From contig OZ336885.1 of assembly GCA_965287045.1 (NCBI GenBank), positions 66,340,001-66,404,000 of the forward strand: a stretch of DNA of 64,000 nucleotides. The letters run 5' to 3'. Positions 1 to 13,059 of the stretch are shown here, one piece after another (positions within the stretch are counted from its first letter, which is position 1; each line of letters begins with the position of its first letter). The notes below the pieces were generated by a model, which did not search any database, was not told the DNA's origin, and saw nothing but the letters and a program-made list of their open reading frames with translations. The position numbers and the translations under genes were made by a program. The stretch comes from Carcharhinus amblyrhynchos. Lineage: Eukaryota.

Positions 1-1428
1 AATAATAATAATAATAATAAATGATAGACTGGGAAGAACTGAGGATAAAGTTTTGCTGCCAGGCATTCGTCACTACGACTTTCCTTGCCAACTCACTTCT
101 TATATGCGCACAGGTTTCTGCAATTATTGTGAATTTAAGTGACTCCCACTCCAACAACCATGGGTGGAAACGATCCGTTCACATTGTTGTAATGGAGATC
201 TGTCAATTTCCATTGAATCTGCACTTATCGAAAACTCTGTTACCGTCCTTTTTCCATCAATTCTCATTGTCACGGTGCCTGAAAATAGCGTTATTCCTTC
301 GACAGAACGTTATTAATGAAAGCTTAATTCTTTTTGAAGCAATATGTCAGGAGTTTACGCACTTCGTTATAAATGAGAAATTCTTCAAGTCGTCTTAGTC
401 AGCTGGAGAACGTTCATGATAGCCAATTTTCTCACGACTTTCAAGTTATTCTCTTAGAGTGCTGCACTCCACCCCCAATCAATAATCATTAATTTACAAT
501 GAATGTGAAAATGAACGGGAATAAAAAAAAGTTATGTTTTACTTTAGAAATGGAGCCTACTGTATTGGTGTATTTCGTAGCAATGACATTATTATTATTC
601 AAAGGCCAAACCGCCATGAAAATAGGACAGGCAACTTAATCAATCAACCTAGTCAAAAATTTAACAAGCTGGCCACTAATATTCATCCTAAATCTTGTCT
701 TGTCACTTTCTGAATCCATCCATTGGTTGGAGATATATTACAAAAATAAATTAATCATTAAGAAGATCAAGGATAAATGGTGTTGTCACCTGAGCCAGAA
801 AATTCTAAGGCTGCTATACCCAATGAGAGGATCTATTAATTGTCATCTCATTGATCAACCAGGCAGCACTCATTCGGGCACTGAGTACGATAATAGTTTC
901 CTGCTCCCAGAAAATTATGCCTTTAGAATTCAAATTAAACACAAGTAGGATTAAAGCATGTTCCAACGAGCTTGATGTTCATACTTCCAAATTGAAGGAA
1001 ATATAGTTATGGGTTCTGAACCACATTACAAGATTTTATTATCCCAAAGTCACACAAAAGAAATGATGTTCTGTTCTCATTATTGTAGTGTGAAATTGAT
1101 TTTATTGGAATACAAAGGGAGGTTGTTTCGTATGTGGTGCGAGCACGTGACTGTTTTTGTTTTTTTTTCCAAACATGTTCTCAAGTTTTAATTAAAACGT
1201 GTATACCATGCATTATAATGTTTTAAATTATATGCGGCTCCTGGATAATAGACTTAATGATTTGTGTATAGGGACTTAATGACCCATAGGAATGCAAATA
1301 TTTCCATGTGATGAGATAGAAACCAATCATGTTTCTTATATTTGGCCATTTACCATAAATAAAACATTTTGTGAATGCACCAAAAAAAAATTCACTCTCA
1401 TTTTGTTTCCATCCTAATTTAAAATGTC

Positions 1429-1483
1429 GTGGTGCCCAAATGAAAGGTGCAATGCTGTGGTGCCCAAATGAAAGGCGCAATGC
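1429..1483. repeat. 28-bp tandem duplication (2 copies)
   Basis: gtggtgcccaaatgaaaggtgcaatgct followed by gtggtgcccaaatgaaaggcgcaatgc. Confidence 0.85.
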
Positions 1484-2523
1484 CGCTTTACTCTCTGTGC
1501 AATAGAACGCATGTCCAATCAAACAAAAAAAATCCCCTAATATGATTGCGTCCAGTCTTTGTGACAATGTTTTGTTCCACGTAATACAATTGACACGCTG
1601 CAAATTTGTTATGGTTCCCCTAGCATCTTACAGTGCACTGCTCTTCCTGATTTGCACACAAATAACCAAGAAGCAAGAACAGCCGTATGATTTTGGGTGC
1701 ATTTTTGCTTTCAGATCTCATTGTCTGATGTTTTATTTCAGATTGGCGCCTGTTGCCGACGACACACAACCTCCATATTTTGACTGGCATGGGTTATCAT
1801 CTCTCCATTATGAAATTAAGTTATGTTATTGCCATGATCCCAAACACATGTGAAATAAAGCTTTGAGTTTGGTGCTGGCCTGAAATCTCTAGGCACCTCT
1901 CCACACACAAAAAAAAACGTCAGTAAGTGTCTGTACTCCATCTTGACAATCAGTCGAAAAACAAGAATCAACTGTGTCCCATGAATAGTCGGGAGGTTTT
2001 CAAATATCGTTTGCGCCACAATGAAAGTACAATTATGCAGGTAAGTTTAGCAACTCGGAAAGTCTCAAAAAGGGTTCACGATGAGGGGGAATTTGCTTTC
2101 TCCTCAACAGTCGCTCATTTAATTTTAGAAACGAACGTGCCTCTTTTGCTGGAAGCATATATTCTGCCTGTTTATCCAAATTATGTTTCAGCCCCTGTCC
2201 AATACTAATTAATTCAAATACTGTCAAATATTCATGGCTATCATTATTGACATCCGTGTTCATGAGGCTGAATAGGCAAATTTTCCAGAAAATAATGAAT
2301 TGAATAGTGATGATTAGCTGCTACGTGAATTATTATCGATTTTAGCAAAGTATGTACAGACGAGTTTGCTTTCATGTTATATGATTTTTAACTGCCATTA
2401 TTAAATAATTGCTCAGAAACATTTGTGCTTTGAATAAATACACCGGATGCATTAGCATTGATATTATTAAGACACTCGTGTTTTTCATATTATCGTTCAT
2501 GTTTTATATTCAAATATATATAG

Positions 2524-2550
2524 ACGAATATCTCATCGATAAAACAAAAG
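2524..2550 (+). CDS. Micro-exon 1 (27 nt): (D)EYLIDKTK
   Basis: tatag|ACG...AAAAG|gtactg; fits 27-nt class (L at 4, K at 7). Confidence 0.8.
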
Positions 2551-3209
2551 GTACTGGCAAAAAAGTCGCTATTTTAGTCGCAACGATGTCGCAGCTCAAA
2601 TTTATTTAATCCTCTGCCCTGTCTGCATTTTTTTTGTAGATTTGCATGTCTAGTCGGAATACTTGCCCAAATAATTTGTTGATGTTGTCAGTATTTGACA
2701 GATCTTCGACACCTACATCGCATGTTCATTTCCGCTGTACAAGTCGCACGTTGCTGTAGGAAGACTTCACCAGGCTATCCATAACAGCGTTTCTTGGAAA
2801 AGATCTACGCTCTGCGGCACTATAGAGTCATGAATGGGGGTGCACATTGTTTAAAAAAAATCATCCTCATCAATAATGAAGGGAAGCCCATCACACCAGT
2901 TCAAAAACAAAGCTGAAACAGATACACCTGGATCGCACTTAGCGAAGTGTTTTAGTTCCAACTAAAATACTAACATTGAAAAACCATCTCCGATAGGCCC
3001 TGTGTCTTAAGCTACTCAAATCTTTCCATTCCAATTCTGTGAATTTATCATCGTCAACTTGAATCACTAAAGCAATAACTGTCACTATTCAGTTCACAGG
3101 AACGTAAACTCGATAATTCACTCCGCAATTTGCTCAATTGCCACGCCAAGGTTTTTCACACGTCAGGTTCCCTCCAAGTTATTCTTCTCTACACGCATTT
3201 ATATATAGG

Positions 3210-3615
3210 TGAAGACAGAGAGGGAGAGAGAGAGAGAGAGAGAGAATTACACAGATAGAAAGAACGGAAGACAGACGACANNNNNNNNNNNNNNNNNNNN
3301 NNNNNNNNNNNNNNNNNNNNNNNNNNNNNNNNNNNNNNNNNNNNNNNNNNNNNNNNNNNNNNNNNNNNNNNNNNNNNNNNNNNNNNNNNNNNNNNNNNNN
3401 NNNNNNNNNNNNNNNNNNNNNNNNNNNNNNNNNAATAGAAAACGAGAGAGACTGATAGGCAGCCAGGCAGACAGACGGACGGATGGGCGGAAGGACGGAT
3501 GGATAGGTGAATTTATGGATTTTGGATTGATGTTTGGATTGGTGAATGATAGGACTGACGGACAGGTAGATGAATGACTAGAAAGATGAAATGTTGGCGC
3601 ACCGGACGGCCAGAT
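3210..3615. repeat. (GA)n and GGAT/GGAC-type microsatellite flanking a 153-N assembly gap (3281-3433)
   Basis: gagagaga tract, run of N, degenerate ggat/ggac/gaca units. Confidence 0.9.
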
Positions 3616-3770
3616 GAAGTTTTCTGCGTACAGAAATGTGTGAACGATTGCAACACAATAGCATGCTCAGGTTGATTTCTACCGGTTTTGATCCCTATCT
3701 TATATAAATGCATGATGTTTAAATGGATTACTGCTCACAATAATTGTTTTGTAAATTTATTTTGTGCTAG

Positions 3771-3806
3771 TAATAGAAACGTTGAAAAGTGATATTGTGG
3801 AAGCAG
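3771..3806 (+). CDS. Micro-exon 2 (36 nt): (V)IETLKSDIVEA
   Basis: gctag|TAATAG...GCAG|gtgagg; second in-frame TAG acceptor 6 nt downstream. Confidence 0.82.
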
Positions 3807-5937
3807 GTGAGGTTTTTTTCACTCCTCTGGACATCCTATTTCTCCAGCATTGAAACATCCTCTCCCTTTCCTTAATTATTGCATTTTCTGAACGCCTTGT
3901 ACACAGGGATGTCTATCAAACATTCTTGCGACTCTTTGAATCAGATCGGTTCATTCCACAGCATTATAATGCTGGAACGCATTACTTGTTGATAATGACA
4001 CAATAGTATTGGCAATACATCATGAAGTGGCATTAATGCAGAGGAACACTGAATTTGATGCATGCACTTTGTCCTTCTGCCGACTCCACTTATGAACTTA
4101 CTATTTTCCTCAAAAGGGTGCTGTGACTCGTCCAACGTCGTTAGTACTCTTCCATTGCTGTCTACTATTTCCACTTCCTTCACATAACTCCTGAAGTTAC
4201 ATCGGCTTAATGCACACCCCCTCCATTTCCGCCCAGCTTCATCCTTCCCACAACTCTGTTCAGATGCAACTCGAGAAGTCACCCAGTTCTGATCTGCCAC
4301 AAGGCCATTCGAGATGCCGAGGCATCAAAAGTCATCCCTTCTGCAACTTCTTTCAAGTCGTGCATCTGCCTAGCACCGGTTTCCGCACTCACTTTAAAGT
4401 TACAGTGGGATAAATACAACTATTACTATCTTGGAGCTCCCGTTTTCTAATTTTCTGCCCAGACGTCGAACTTCCGATTGCAGGACCCCATCCGCTTACC
4501 TTCAACACATTGGTTCGCATGTCAAACAAACGTTGCCTGACCATCTCCCTCAAACCGAATGTGCTCCATGTCACCCTGGTCGCTGGCATCAGGAAGACAA
4601 GTTTTCTTTGAACAACGTCGATAATGACAGGAAACATGATTTTTTTTTCAAATAAATAATAATTGTCTTATCAATAAAGCTCTCCCCTCTTCTTACTTCT
4701 CTCCTATATAGACAACCCTCTCGCCTTGCGACAGATCAGAATCTAACTGCACCCTTTGAGGAAGCAATCTCCTTATCACATTTCCAAACCGAAATCCGAT
4801 TCATGACTTAAACTATAGTGGACCCATGCCATTCCTTTCCATTCGCCCTGGACCACCTGTTGGTCCCCGATTCCCAGACTGCAATGAAGCCTTTACGTTG
4901 TGGTACCGTCATTCTCTCAAGATGTCATTTACGTATTTCTCACCATTGTGTGTTTGAGACTCTTATGCAAATTTTAAAAAATACTTAATTTTGGTTTCTT
5001 TCATTTGCCGATTTTCTGCCCGGCATTGAATGCAATAGACCTTAATGAGCCTAATTGTACGTTGTGTAAACATTTCTTCAAGTTTTCATTCAGCTTCAAT
5101 GAAACAGTGTTGGATCCCCAGAAAAGTAAGGATTTGACAAAACAGATAACAGGAAACTAGGTAGAGAAGAGTGTTTCGCTTTGAATGTAATTGATATTTT
5201 TGGCTCCTTGAAAGCTGTGTAGCCTTAACAGCAAAAATGCGCTCGGAAATTTGTCACGTCTGATATTCCACCATTTGATTACAGTGCTAATTTCATTTGG
5301 GGGATGAAACCTTCAATTGATACATCTATTTTCATGAGCTTAGAAATGCCAAAGTCTCTGCAATGCGAATGAAACATATTTACTCTCCTTATTCTTTTTT
5401 TCTCTCGCTCTCTCTCCCCTTCGAATAGAGCAATGCAGATTCACGTCAATTTCTATTTGCTTTGCTTTAATGTTGCGCCTCCACAACGCTGCCATTCCAT
5501 CAGTTACTGTTCGTCCGAAAGCGTGGCTCTTATACATTGGTGCTCAAGCTCCGGAGAGAAACGTGCAGTCATCCAATTCCTACTCAGACATGCGTGAGAG
5601 AAAACGAAAAATTCCAGCTCATAGCTCCCAAAGATATTGAGAATTGTAGATGGTGATATATTTTAGATTGAATCTCTGCAGTACGAAGAGACCTTCGCCG
5701 TACAAAACGGGCCATTCAAGTAGCATTATTATAGTAAATATTGGTAGGCTGTTTCACACCTGAAGTGTTGTTGTTGGTTGTAACATATAGCACAGTACAG
5801 CAATATTTTAGTTGTCACTAACTTCTGGGGTTTTCTGAAGCGATGGCGTTTGCTGCAAATATGGACCAAGGTCATGTTTGTTTATTTATTCTTTTCTGCC
5901 AGCAATGTTACTCATCCACAAATGTTTATTCCTTTAG

Positions 5938-5964
5938 AAAACGACTTGCTGCAGAAAGAAGCTG
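5938..5964 (+). CDS. Micro-exon 3 (27 nt): (E)NDLLQKEA
   Basis: cctttag|AAAAC...GCTG|gtaatt. Confidence 0.85.
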
Positions 5965-6200
5965 GTAATTATGCAAATCATTTTCATGTGTTTGAGTAAC
6001 TTTTATTCCACTGATTTTTTTTTTTCAGAATTACATTGAGAAAATGTCCACTAATCCTATGACAGTATTATAAATATTACTAGCTTATAAATTAGATAAT
6101 AACTAAGAATGGCTGACATGACAGTTTGGGAATTTCAATTCAGCCAGTCAGATAGATCTGGAAAGAAAACGCTGGCAATTGAACCTTCAAACAATGAAGC

Positions 6201-6202
<2 letters not shown>

Positions 6203-6238
<36 letters not shown>
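6203..6238. repeat. (GT)n microsatellite
   Basis: uninterrupted gt dinucleotide run. Confidence 0.95.
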
Positions 6239-6240
<2 letters not shown>

Positions 6241-7904
6241 CGATAACAGAATCGTTTTCCCTATAGGGAAGGAAATTAACCAATTTCCAACTTCAGACGA
6301 ACAAATATTTAAGTATCCATCTGGCAATTAGTTCATGGCTCTCAAAACTACTGCAGATACACCAGTAACGACGTACCTCTGTTAGCGAAGTAATCGTTAA
6401 GAAAAGCTGTTGTTGATGCATTTTTTATTCTGCCTACAGTTCGTTTTACAACAAGAAATCCAAAGACTTTTTTTTTCATGGCGAAGTTAAACTGGAGCTC
6501 CGATGCTTATTTGTTTAGCATATAATACTAAGTTGCATTTAACATAAGTTGATCTTTATAATTATCTTAAAACTATTTGATACACATGGTCCCTGCCTAT
6601 GACGCTTCGCTATTGGGCGTACAACATTCTCAAGATTCAAGAATTGCTGGACTGGAAAACATATTCGATACAACTATTCCCTGCAAATATATTAAGAAAT
6701 GCTTTGGCTCTCTGACCATAAATTCCTCCTATCAGAATAGTTGCTAGGACGATCAAACCTCACAACTATCACGAAATTTAGTTTCTTGTTCTTCTTTGTA
6801 CGTCATTGTAGATACATAGGTACATATAAATTTGGATCAGGGGTCCATCATTCGGACGTTTGGGTGTTACCTGTTGCTCAACGTGGTTATGGCTGATATT
6901 GTATCTCAGAACTGTTTGCCCGCACTCACACTATAACTTATTTGACCCTGAGAGCCGAGAAATGTTTCGATTTCCTTCCGTTATCGGACAACAAATTTTA
7001 TGAAATTGGGCACACAAAATGGAAGCAAACTAAAGCTACCCTCAGAGCCCCTCCACTAAGAATCACGAAGTGACAGACACCGATCAGGAGGCAAGAGCAT
7101 GCTTTTAGAATGCAAATGAGGGCTAGCACATAAGGGAAGCTGGACAGGATGGCACCTACAGGAACTAAATCCCCACCCCATCAAAATCAGCACCTTTAAA
7201 ACAGTCAAACAATCCATGGAGACACCTAAAAATAGCATAGTTAAGGAAACATTCCTGGCCCCTCAAAACCTCTTTTGAGATCAATGACACACCTATGGTT
7301 CAAACCCCGGAGATTCTAGACTATTAAATAACCGATCAGACAAAACAATTAGCACACACCTAAAACAATTTTCTCAACACTTGGAAACATCGAGACAGAA
7401 TGGCTAAGGTCGAATTCTGTAAATAAAGCATTAGCATTTGAATCGCATACTGCACCGAAGTTCTGGTATAACTGCTGCGAGGGACGGGCAGAGCGCTTTC
7501 GGGACAGTCCGATTGTATGTCCTGACTGTGCTTCTCCGTCGACGTGAAAGAAAATAAAGCTGTGCCGTTATTGAACTTCACCCTGAGTCCGTAGTGGTCG
7601 TTTCGCCCACTCGTGCTAACACTTCTAAGCTATACTTAGTGATTGCCTGTGCAGTCATCTTTGGCAGAACATTGTTTTCGCCATCCTTTGAGTGAATACA
7701 CTTTTCTTGAACTCAGTTCTAAATGGCATACAACGTACCCGATCTGCGGCACTTTTTTTTGTTTGTTTGTTTTTGCCCTCAAGACTGCCCCAGCCAGAGA
7801 AAGTAACAAAGTCCGTCCAGACCATCTGAATTACAGTACGTTCCATCTAGAAATGAATGTAAATGTTTTGTCCGATTTATTTTCAACCAGTTAATGACAT
7901 ATGT

Positions 7905-8027
7905 GGACCAGAATTCTTCTGTTGCGCCAGCCAATGGAATTGTCGGGGACGGATCACACAAGTGCGCATTGACGTCGGGTGGGATTCTCCTGCTTTGAGG
8001 CGCCCGCGACCGGAGAAATCCTAGTCC
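7905..8027. mobile_element. Short non-autonomous DNA element (MITE, possibly Harbinger-type)
   Basis: imperfect terminal inverted repeats ggaccagaattcttct ... ggagaaatcctagtcc around a CpG-rich core. Confidence 0.55.
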
Positions 8028-8829
8028 TGAATATTTAGAGCAGCCCACTTATTCATCACCCTTCAGTCTTCACTAAACAGGAAGTTTCTGGGACATCCGT
8101 TGCCTCCAGCAATCTACTATTCCCCGAATCAAAGCAAACACACTCCCCCGCCTCACCGTTCCATTCCATCCTTCCCGAAATTCTGTTGTTTCATTCTGAA
8201 CTTAAGTTCTCATCATGTTTTCATCAAGCCAATCACTAAATATATACTAGAACGAAATCGAAACATTTCTCAGCTCTCAGGGCGAAATAAGTTACAGTGC
8301 GAGTGCTGACAAACAGTGCCGAGACAGAATATCAGCCATAACCACGTTGAACAGCAGGGCACACCCGATGACACACAGTGGCAGAAGTCGTTCACCTCCT
8401 ATGTGTTTTTCCCTTCATAATGCGTTACGGATCAGCCTTATTGAATTATTACGCGCGTGCGTGCAGGATTGTGCAAATCTTGCATGGGGACTTGGAAACG
8501 ATGGTGTTTCCGCGCATTTTTCCATTATCTTTCAACAGTGAGGAGTTCCTTGGTTTGCAATATGCTGGTTCCGAGACTTTGTATGTGGGTGTGCATGCAG
8601 TTCGATTGGCGTTAATTAGGCGTCCTGAGTCTTTTTTTATGGATGAGCAGTGCAAATAATAAATGCTTGTACTTACTTGCACAACAAAAATACGCGAACT
8701 AATCAATAACTTGCCTCCATTGTTCGGTGTACATACATTTTTCACCATTCCAAGACTACTCTCCAGCACATCAAATTGAGGGCAGCAGTGTTCCCTGTCC
8801 CACGTATTTCTATCCATGCCAAACAATGA

Positions 8830-10560
8830 ATTTAATTCAAGTCGATTCAAGTCATGTCAATTCAAGTCAATTCAATTTAACCTTATTGTCGTTGTAAAAT
8901 GGACACATACAAGAAAAGTGAGCTTGCAGACTCCATAAATTCAAATAAAACAAACAAGTTCAGAAGTCATTTTAAGATACTTCTCATAGTCAGTATTTGT
9001 ACACATGCATATTGAACAATGTCCAGTGCCTGGGGCTATGCTAAAGAACGGAGTTCAGCTGGGTAACAGCTCTGGAGAAAGTGTTGTTCCTGAGCCCGGT
9101 TGTACTGGCACAAAAGCATCTGAAACGTTTCCCAGGTGGCGGGGTGGTGGAGGCGGGGTGGGGGGGGACACGGGGTGGGTTTTGGGGGTTGCTGTCTGTG
9201 GCTGGAATGGTTGGGACCTCTGGTGATGCTGAGAAATCTCCCCAGATAGCATTTGTAATAAATTTCCCGAATGGTAGGCAGTTGGGTGCCGATAATGTAC
9301 TGGTGATTATTGACTGCAGAGTTGTCCAGCCATAAACGCAGCAATTGCGTACCACACCATAATCCAGTTCAACACGATGTTCTCTATTGTGCAACGGGAG
9401 ACGTTTGAGAGAAGAGGGATTATGAGAAATCCGCTGTGATGCGGATGGCCTGGAATTTGAAGCTGAAGAACATTTCCGACTTTATTTTATTGATGTAAAT
9501 GGCGTGTGTCTGTGCTGCCTCTGGACTTCCTGAAGCCCACAGTGAGTTTTTTTTTTGTCCTCTTAGATTTTATAGCATTTTGTTTCAAGCATTCCGCATT
9601 ATTAGATGTTGACCTCCTCCCTCCATGCTTACTCATTGTTGTCAGTTATCAAGTCTACCACGCACCGTCGTCCGTGAACTTAATGATTGTATTGGTGTCA
9701 CGGACAGGCACACGGTCATAGGTGAAAAGGAAGTCGAGAAGGTGGTTCAGCACGCATCCTTGAGGAGCCCGTGTACGTCGGATTAGGGTGAGGGAAGTAA
9801 GGTTATCTAACGGAACAGACTGGTGCCTGTTGGTTTGGAAATCCAGGATCCAATTAAAGAGGAAGATGTTGACTCCTAGAGAATGGGATTTATGAAATAA
9901 CTAGTGGCGTTGATGGTGTTAAATGCAGAGCTCTAGGCAATGAGCAGCATTCTAACCTCGGTGTCACTGCCTTCCAAATGGGACACATCGGAATGAAGAG
10001 TAGCAGAAATAACGTCTTCTGTTGACCTGTTTGCGCGGTAGTCAAACTGGTGGTGGTCAAGACTGTCAGCCACCGGCTTTTAGATAAGTCAGCACCAATC
10101 TCTCGAAGCAATTCATTACAATGGGGATGAGTGCAAGAAGAATTGCAGTCATTCAGGCCCGTGTCATTCAATTGCTTCGGCACTGGAATAATTGTTGTGC
10201 AGTTTAAGCATGCAGGGACCACCGCCCGGGCCAGTGATAGAATGAAGATGCCATTCGCCAACTGATCAGTACACGTCAGGAATGCCGTCGGCCTTGCGTG
10301 TATTCACTCTGCATAGAGTGCTCTTTATGCCAGGCGTAAACAGTGTGAGCACCTGGTCATCCATTGGTACTAAGGCCTTAGTGTTTGGTTCCTTGTTACC
10401 CTTGGCAAAGCGAGCATTGAAGTTGTTGAGCTCATCCGGAAGACAGCAATCTTTGGTCAGAGGGCAGGTGTTCTTGCTTCTGTAATCGGTGATGGATTGA
10501 GTGCATTGCAACATACGGTGGGGGTCTGCATTGAGGGGAAATCGCCCTCAATCTGTAGTC
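8830..10560 (-). mobile_element. Degenerate Rex1/Babar-type LINE (RT and 3' end)
   Basis: minus-strand peptides [49 protein letters not shown]; frameshifted; (ttgaa)-like tail near 8830-8880. Confidence 0.85.
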
Positions 10561-12512
10561 CTCTCTATAAAATCACTGATTATTATTCGTGGTCCGATAT
10601 TGCAGGAACACCTCGCATATTAAAAAGTCCCATCCCTATCTCTGTCATTCCTTGAGTCATGCTGTTTTTTTTATATAGTTGTAATTTCACATGGCGGTTT
10701 ATGTCTTCAACTCAACAACATTGTTTTTGAACACCTGATTTTTTTGCAAACGGGGATCATTCCTCTAATTGTAAGTTTATGTATTTCTATTAAATGGTAA
10801 ATACTAGAAGGCAATTCATGTAAAAATAAATAGTGAATCCTATTGTATTACTTTTGGTAAAATTCAATTTTAAGCAGCATAATTTCTTCACAATGAATTT
10901 TGGAAGGCCGATCTCACTACATAATTTTCGGGAATTTTGACCAGTAGGCAGTTGGAAATGTAGCATGCAAGCAGTGAATGCTGGACTTTCCTCGCGATTT
11001 TTCCAAAGCAGTTAGTGCATGTAACGTTTGAAGCTAGGGGCCGAAGTGCATAGGCATTTGATCGTGGCGGTACGTCTTCTCAGAGGATTTGCAAAAAGCG
11101 AACCTTTAATCATGACTCGGATAAGTAGATGCCATTGATATGCTGACGGGAACGGTAAGCAGAATATTTATCAAGGTCTGTACTGCAGCAACTGAAGAAT
11201 CACATCCAGATGTTGTCACCATTCATTAGGAAGAACATACGAATCTTTATGTGCATACCAGAGATTCTGCTGAATGTTGCTAACAAGGGCTGTAAGTGAA
11301 ATATCAGCTTGGCGAATCCAAATTTGCGGAGGTTGAAGAAAAATAGTTTATGTGGTGATTGTAATAAACCAGCAGCGAAGAGGGTTCTTTTTTCTAACAA
11401 GTTAACCACTGTAAGAGGGCATGTGCAGGATTTTAGGCAAGAGTCAGACACTTTAAGGCGGAACATTTTTTTTTGATAAACAACAACGTCTAGTGACTTT
11501 GATATAGAACGTGAGTTTAATCAATTGAAGAAGGCTGATCAATTGAAAAGTAAATTCAACTGTCGTATTAGTTAAGCAATGTTTAGCGTAATAGCAATAT
11601 CTGAGGACAACTGACTTGACAGGATTATTCTGTAGGCAGACTAATAAGTCTGAATGGCCACATTTTTGCCCTGATGACTAGATTTCTACATGGCTGCAAA
11701 TAAGGGCCACATGCTAATGAAAATTATAAGAATTGACGGAGAATTTTTAATGTAATTTCTGGAAAACGGCGTAGAAAGTTATTCAACGATTGTATTAAGG
11801 CACGTGAGCCAGGTTGGGCTAATTTACAGGGTTTGCCAATTGCTGGCGCTGCACGTTTACTCGCATATAATGTTTGTTTTCCTGCACTTTATCCAATGAT
11901 TAATTGAGAACCCTTTCACCATGTTTTTATTCAGTGAATCCTAATTAACATAACATTTATGTTTGAGGAAAGCAAACGTTTCCTCATTCTGCCATAGTTC
12001 TTTTTTTAGTAAATTTGAGTCCTGGCAGTGTTCATTCATACTGCATTATGTATGTGTTTAATTTATCACCTCAAACAACTTAATTAAAACACATTCTTTT
12101 TTTTGGTAACGATCTCTCGATCGAGAATGATGACATATTCGCTCGCGTTCTTATTTTATGAACGCTCTCTACTCGACCCACCACTGAAGTAAGAGTTTGT
12201 CACCCTTTGCCTATTACTTTAACATTGCTATTGGAGAGTAATATAAATAATTCAAATCAGATCATTGTTATTCGTGGGCTTACATCCTTTCCAGATAATG
12301 GGTCCAATGTGTTCTTCATTTATTCGTTTGGAAATGATTAAGTATAATTCACTATAATACATCCACAAACCGTTATGATGTAAAACACAGGCCAGATTTT
12401 GTGATCAGTTACGATTCGCTTGAATGTGAGAAAGGCTCAAATAGTAGTATAAGCCTTTCTTTGGTTTACTTGCTCGTAGTTATTTACGATTTAGTTTCCT
12501 TTTGTGTGACAG

Positions 12513-12548
12513 AATTGCAGAAACAGAAGGAAATCTGTCAAGGATATG
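12513..12548 (+). CDS. Micro-exon 4 (36 nt): (E)LQKQKEICQGY
   Basis: tgtgacag|AATTG...TATG|gtatgt. Confidence 0.82.
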
Positions 12549-13059
12549 GTATGTTGAATGAAAATTAGTAACTTTGAAAAATATAAGACTTCCCCTGTTT
12601 GTGCCTTAATTGGTTCGTCGTGTGTTATGAATATTACCCTGCAGAGTCAGCTACCCTCCAGCACAACGGACATATTTCCTCAAAGCCACTGGAAAGTCTA
12701 TCAGTCAACACATGGTAAAACCGAATTACACTGTCAGCAGCCAATGTAATCGCAAAAATATAGAAAGAACTTTAAGTCACTGAACGTTGCGCAGAATATG
12801 AGCAACTCAGTGAAGCTCATGGTTAACTTCCAAAAGACACATAATTACGTTCTTGAGCAATAGAGAATTAATAATTTTAGCCCATTCAACATTATCCCTG
12901 CCTCAAAGGAGAAATAAATTAAAAGCAAACACATTAATGCAATGGTCACATTTTTTCCTCTACTATCAGCTTGAAGTCAGGCATCTTCCACATCGAAATA
13001 AAAAAAGACATTCCCCTTATCAAAACTAATTTTGCTGTTGAAACCGTCAATACATTACC

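Noticed and set aside
1981-2046. Strong donor CAG|gtaagt at 2040/2041 as the 36-nt exon preceding exon 1
   Set aside because: No AG 27 or 36 nt upstream, and the phase-1 frame contains a stop.
6029-6064. 36-nt AG/GT segment after a strong T tract just downstream of exon 3
   Set aside because: Contains in-frame TGA in phase 1, ends in A with a poor donor (gtatta), and would leave only a 64-nt intron.
8540-8581. 42-nt exon-like segment (caacag|TGAGG...CTTT|gtatgt)
   Set aside because: Wrong size, no terminal G, no heptad pattern; no other support.
11261-11297. 30-nt phase-1 candidate (E)ILLNVANKG with gtaagt donor
   Set aside because: Does not match exon size or consensus and lies in what looks like decayed LINE sequence.
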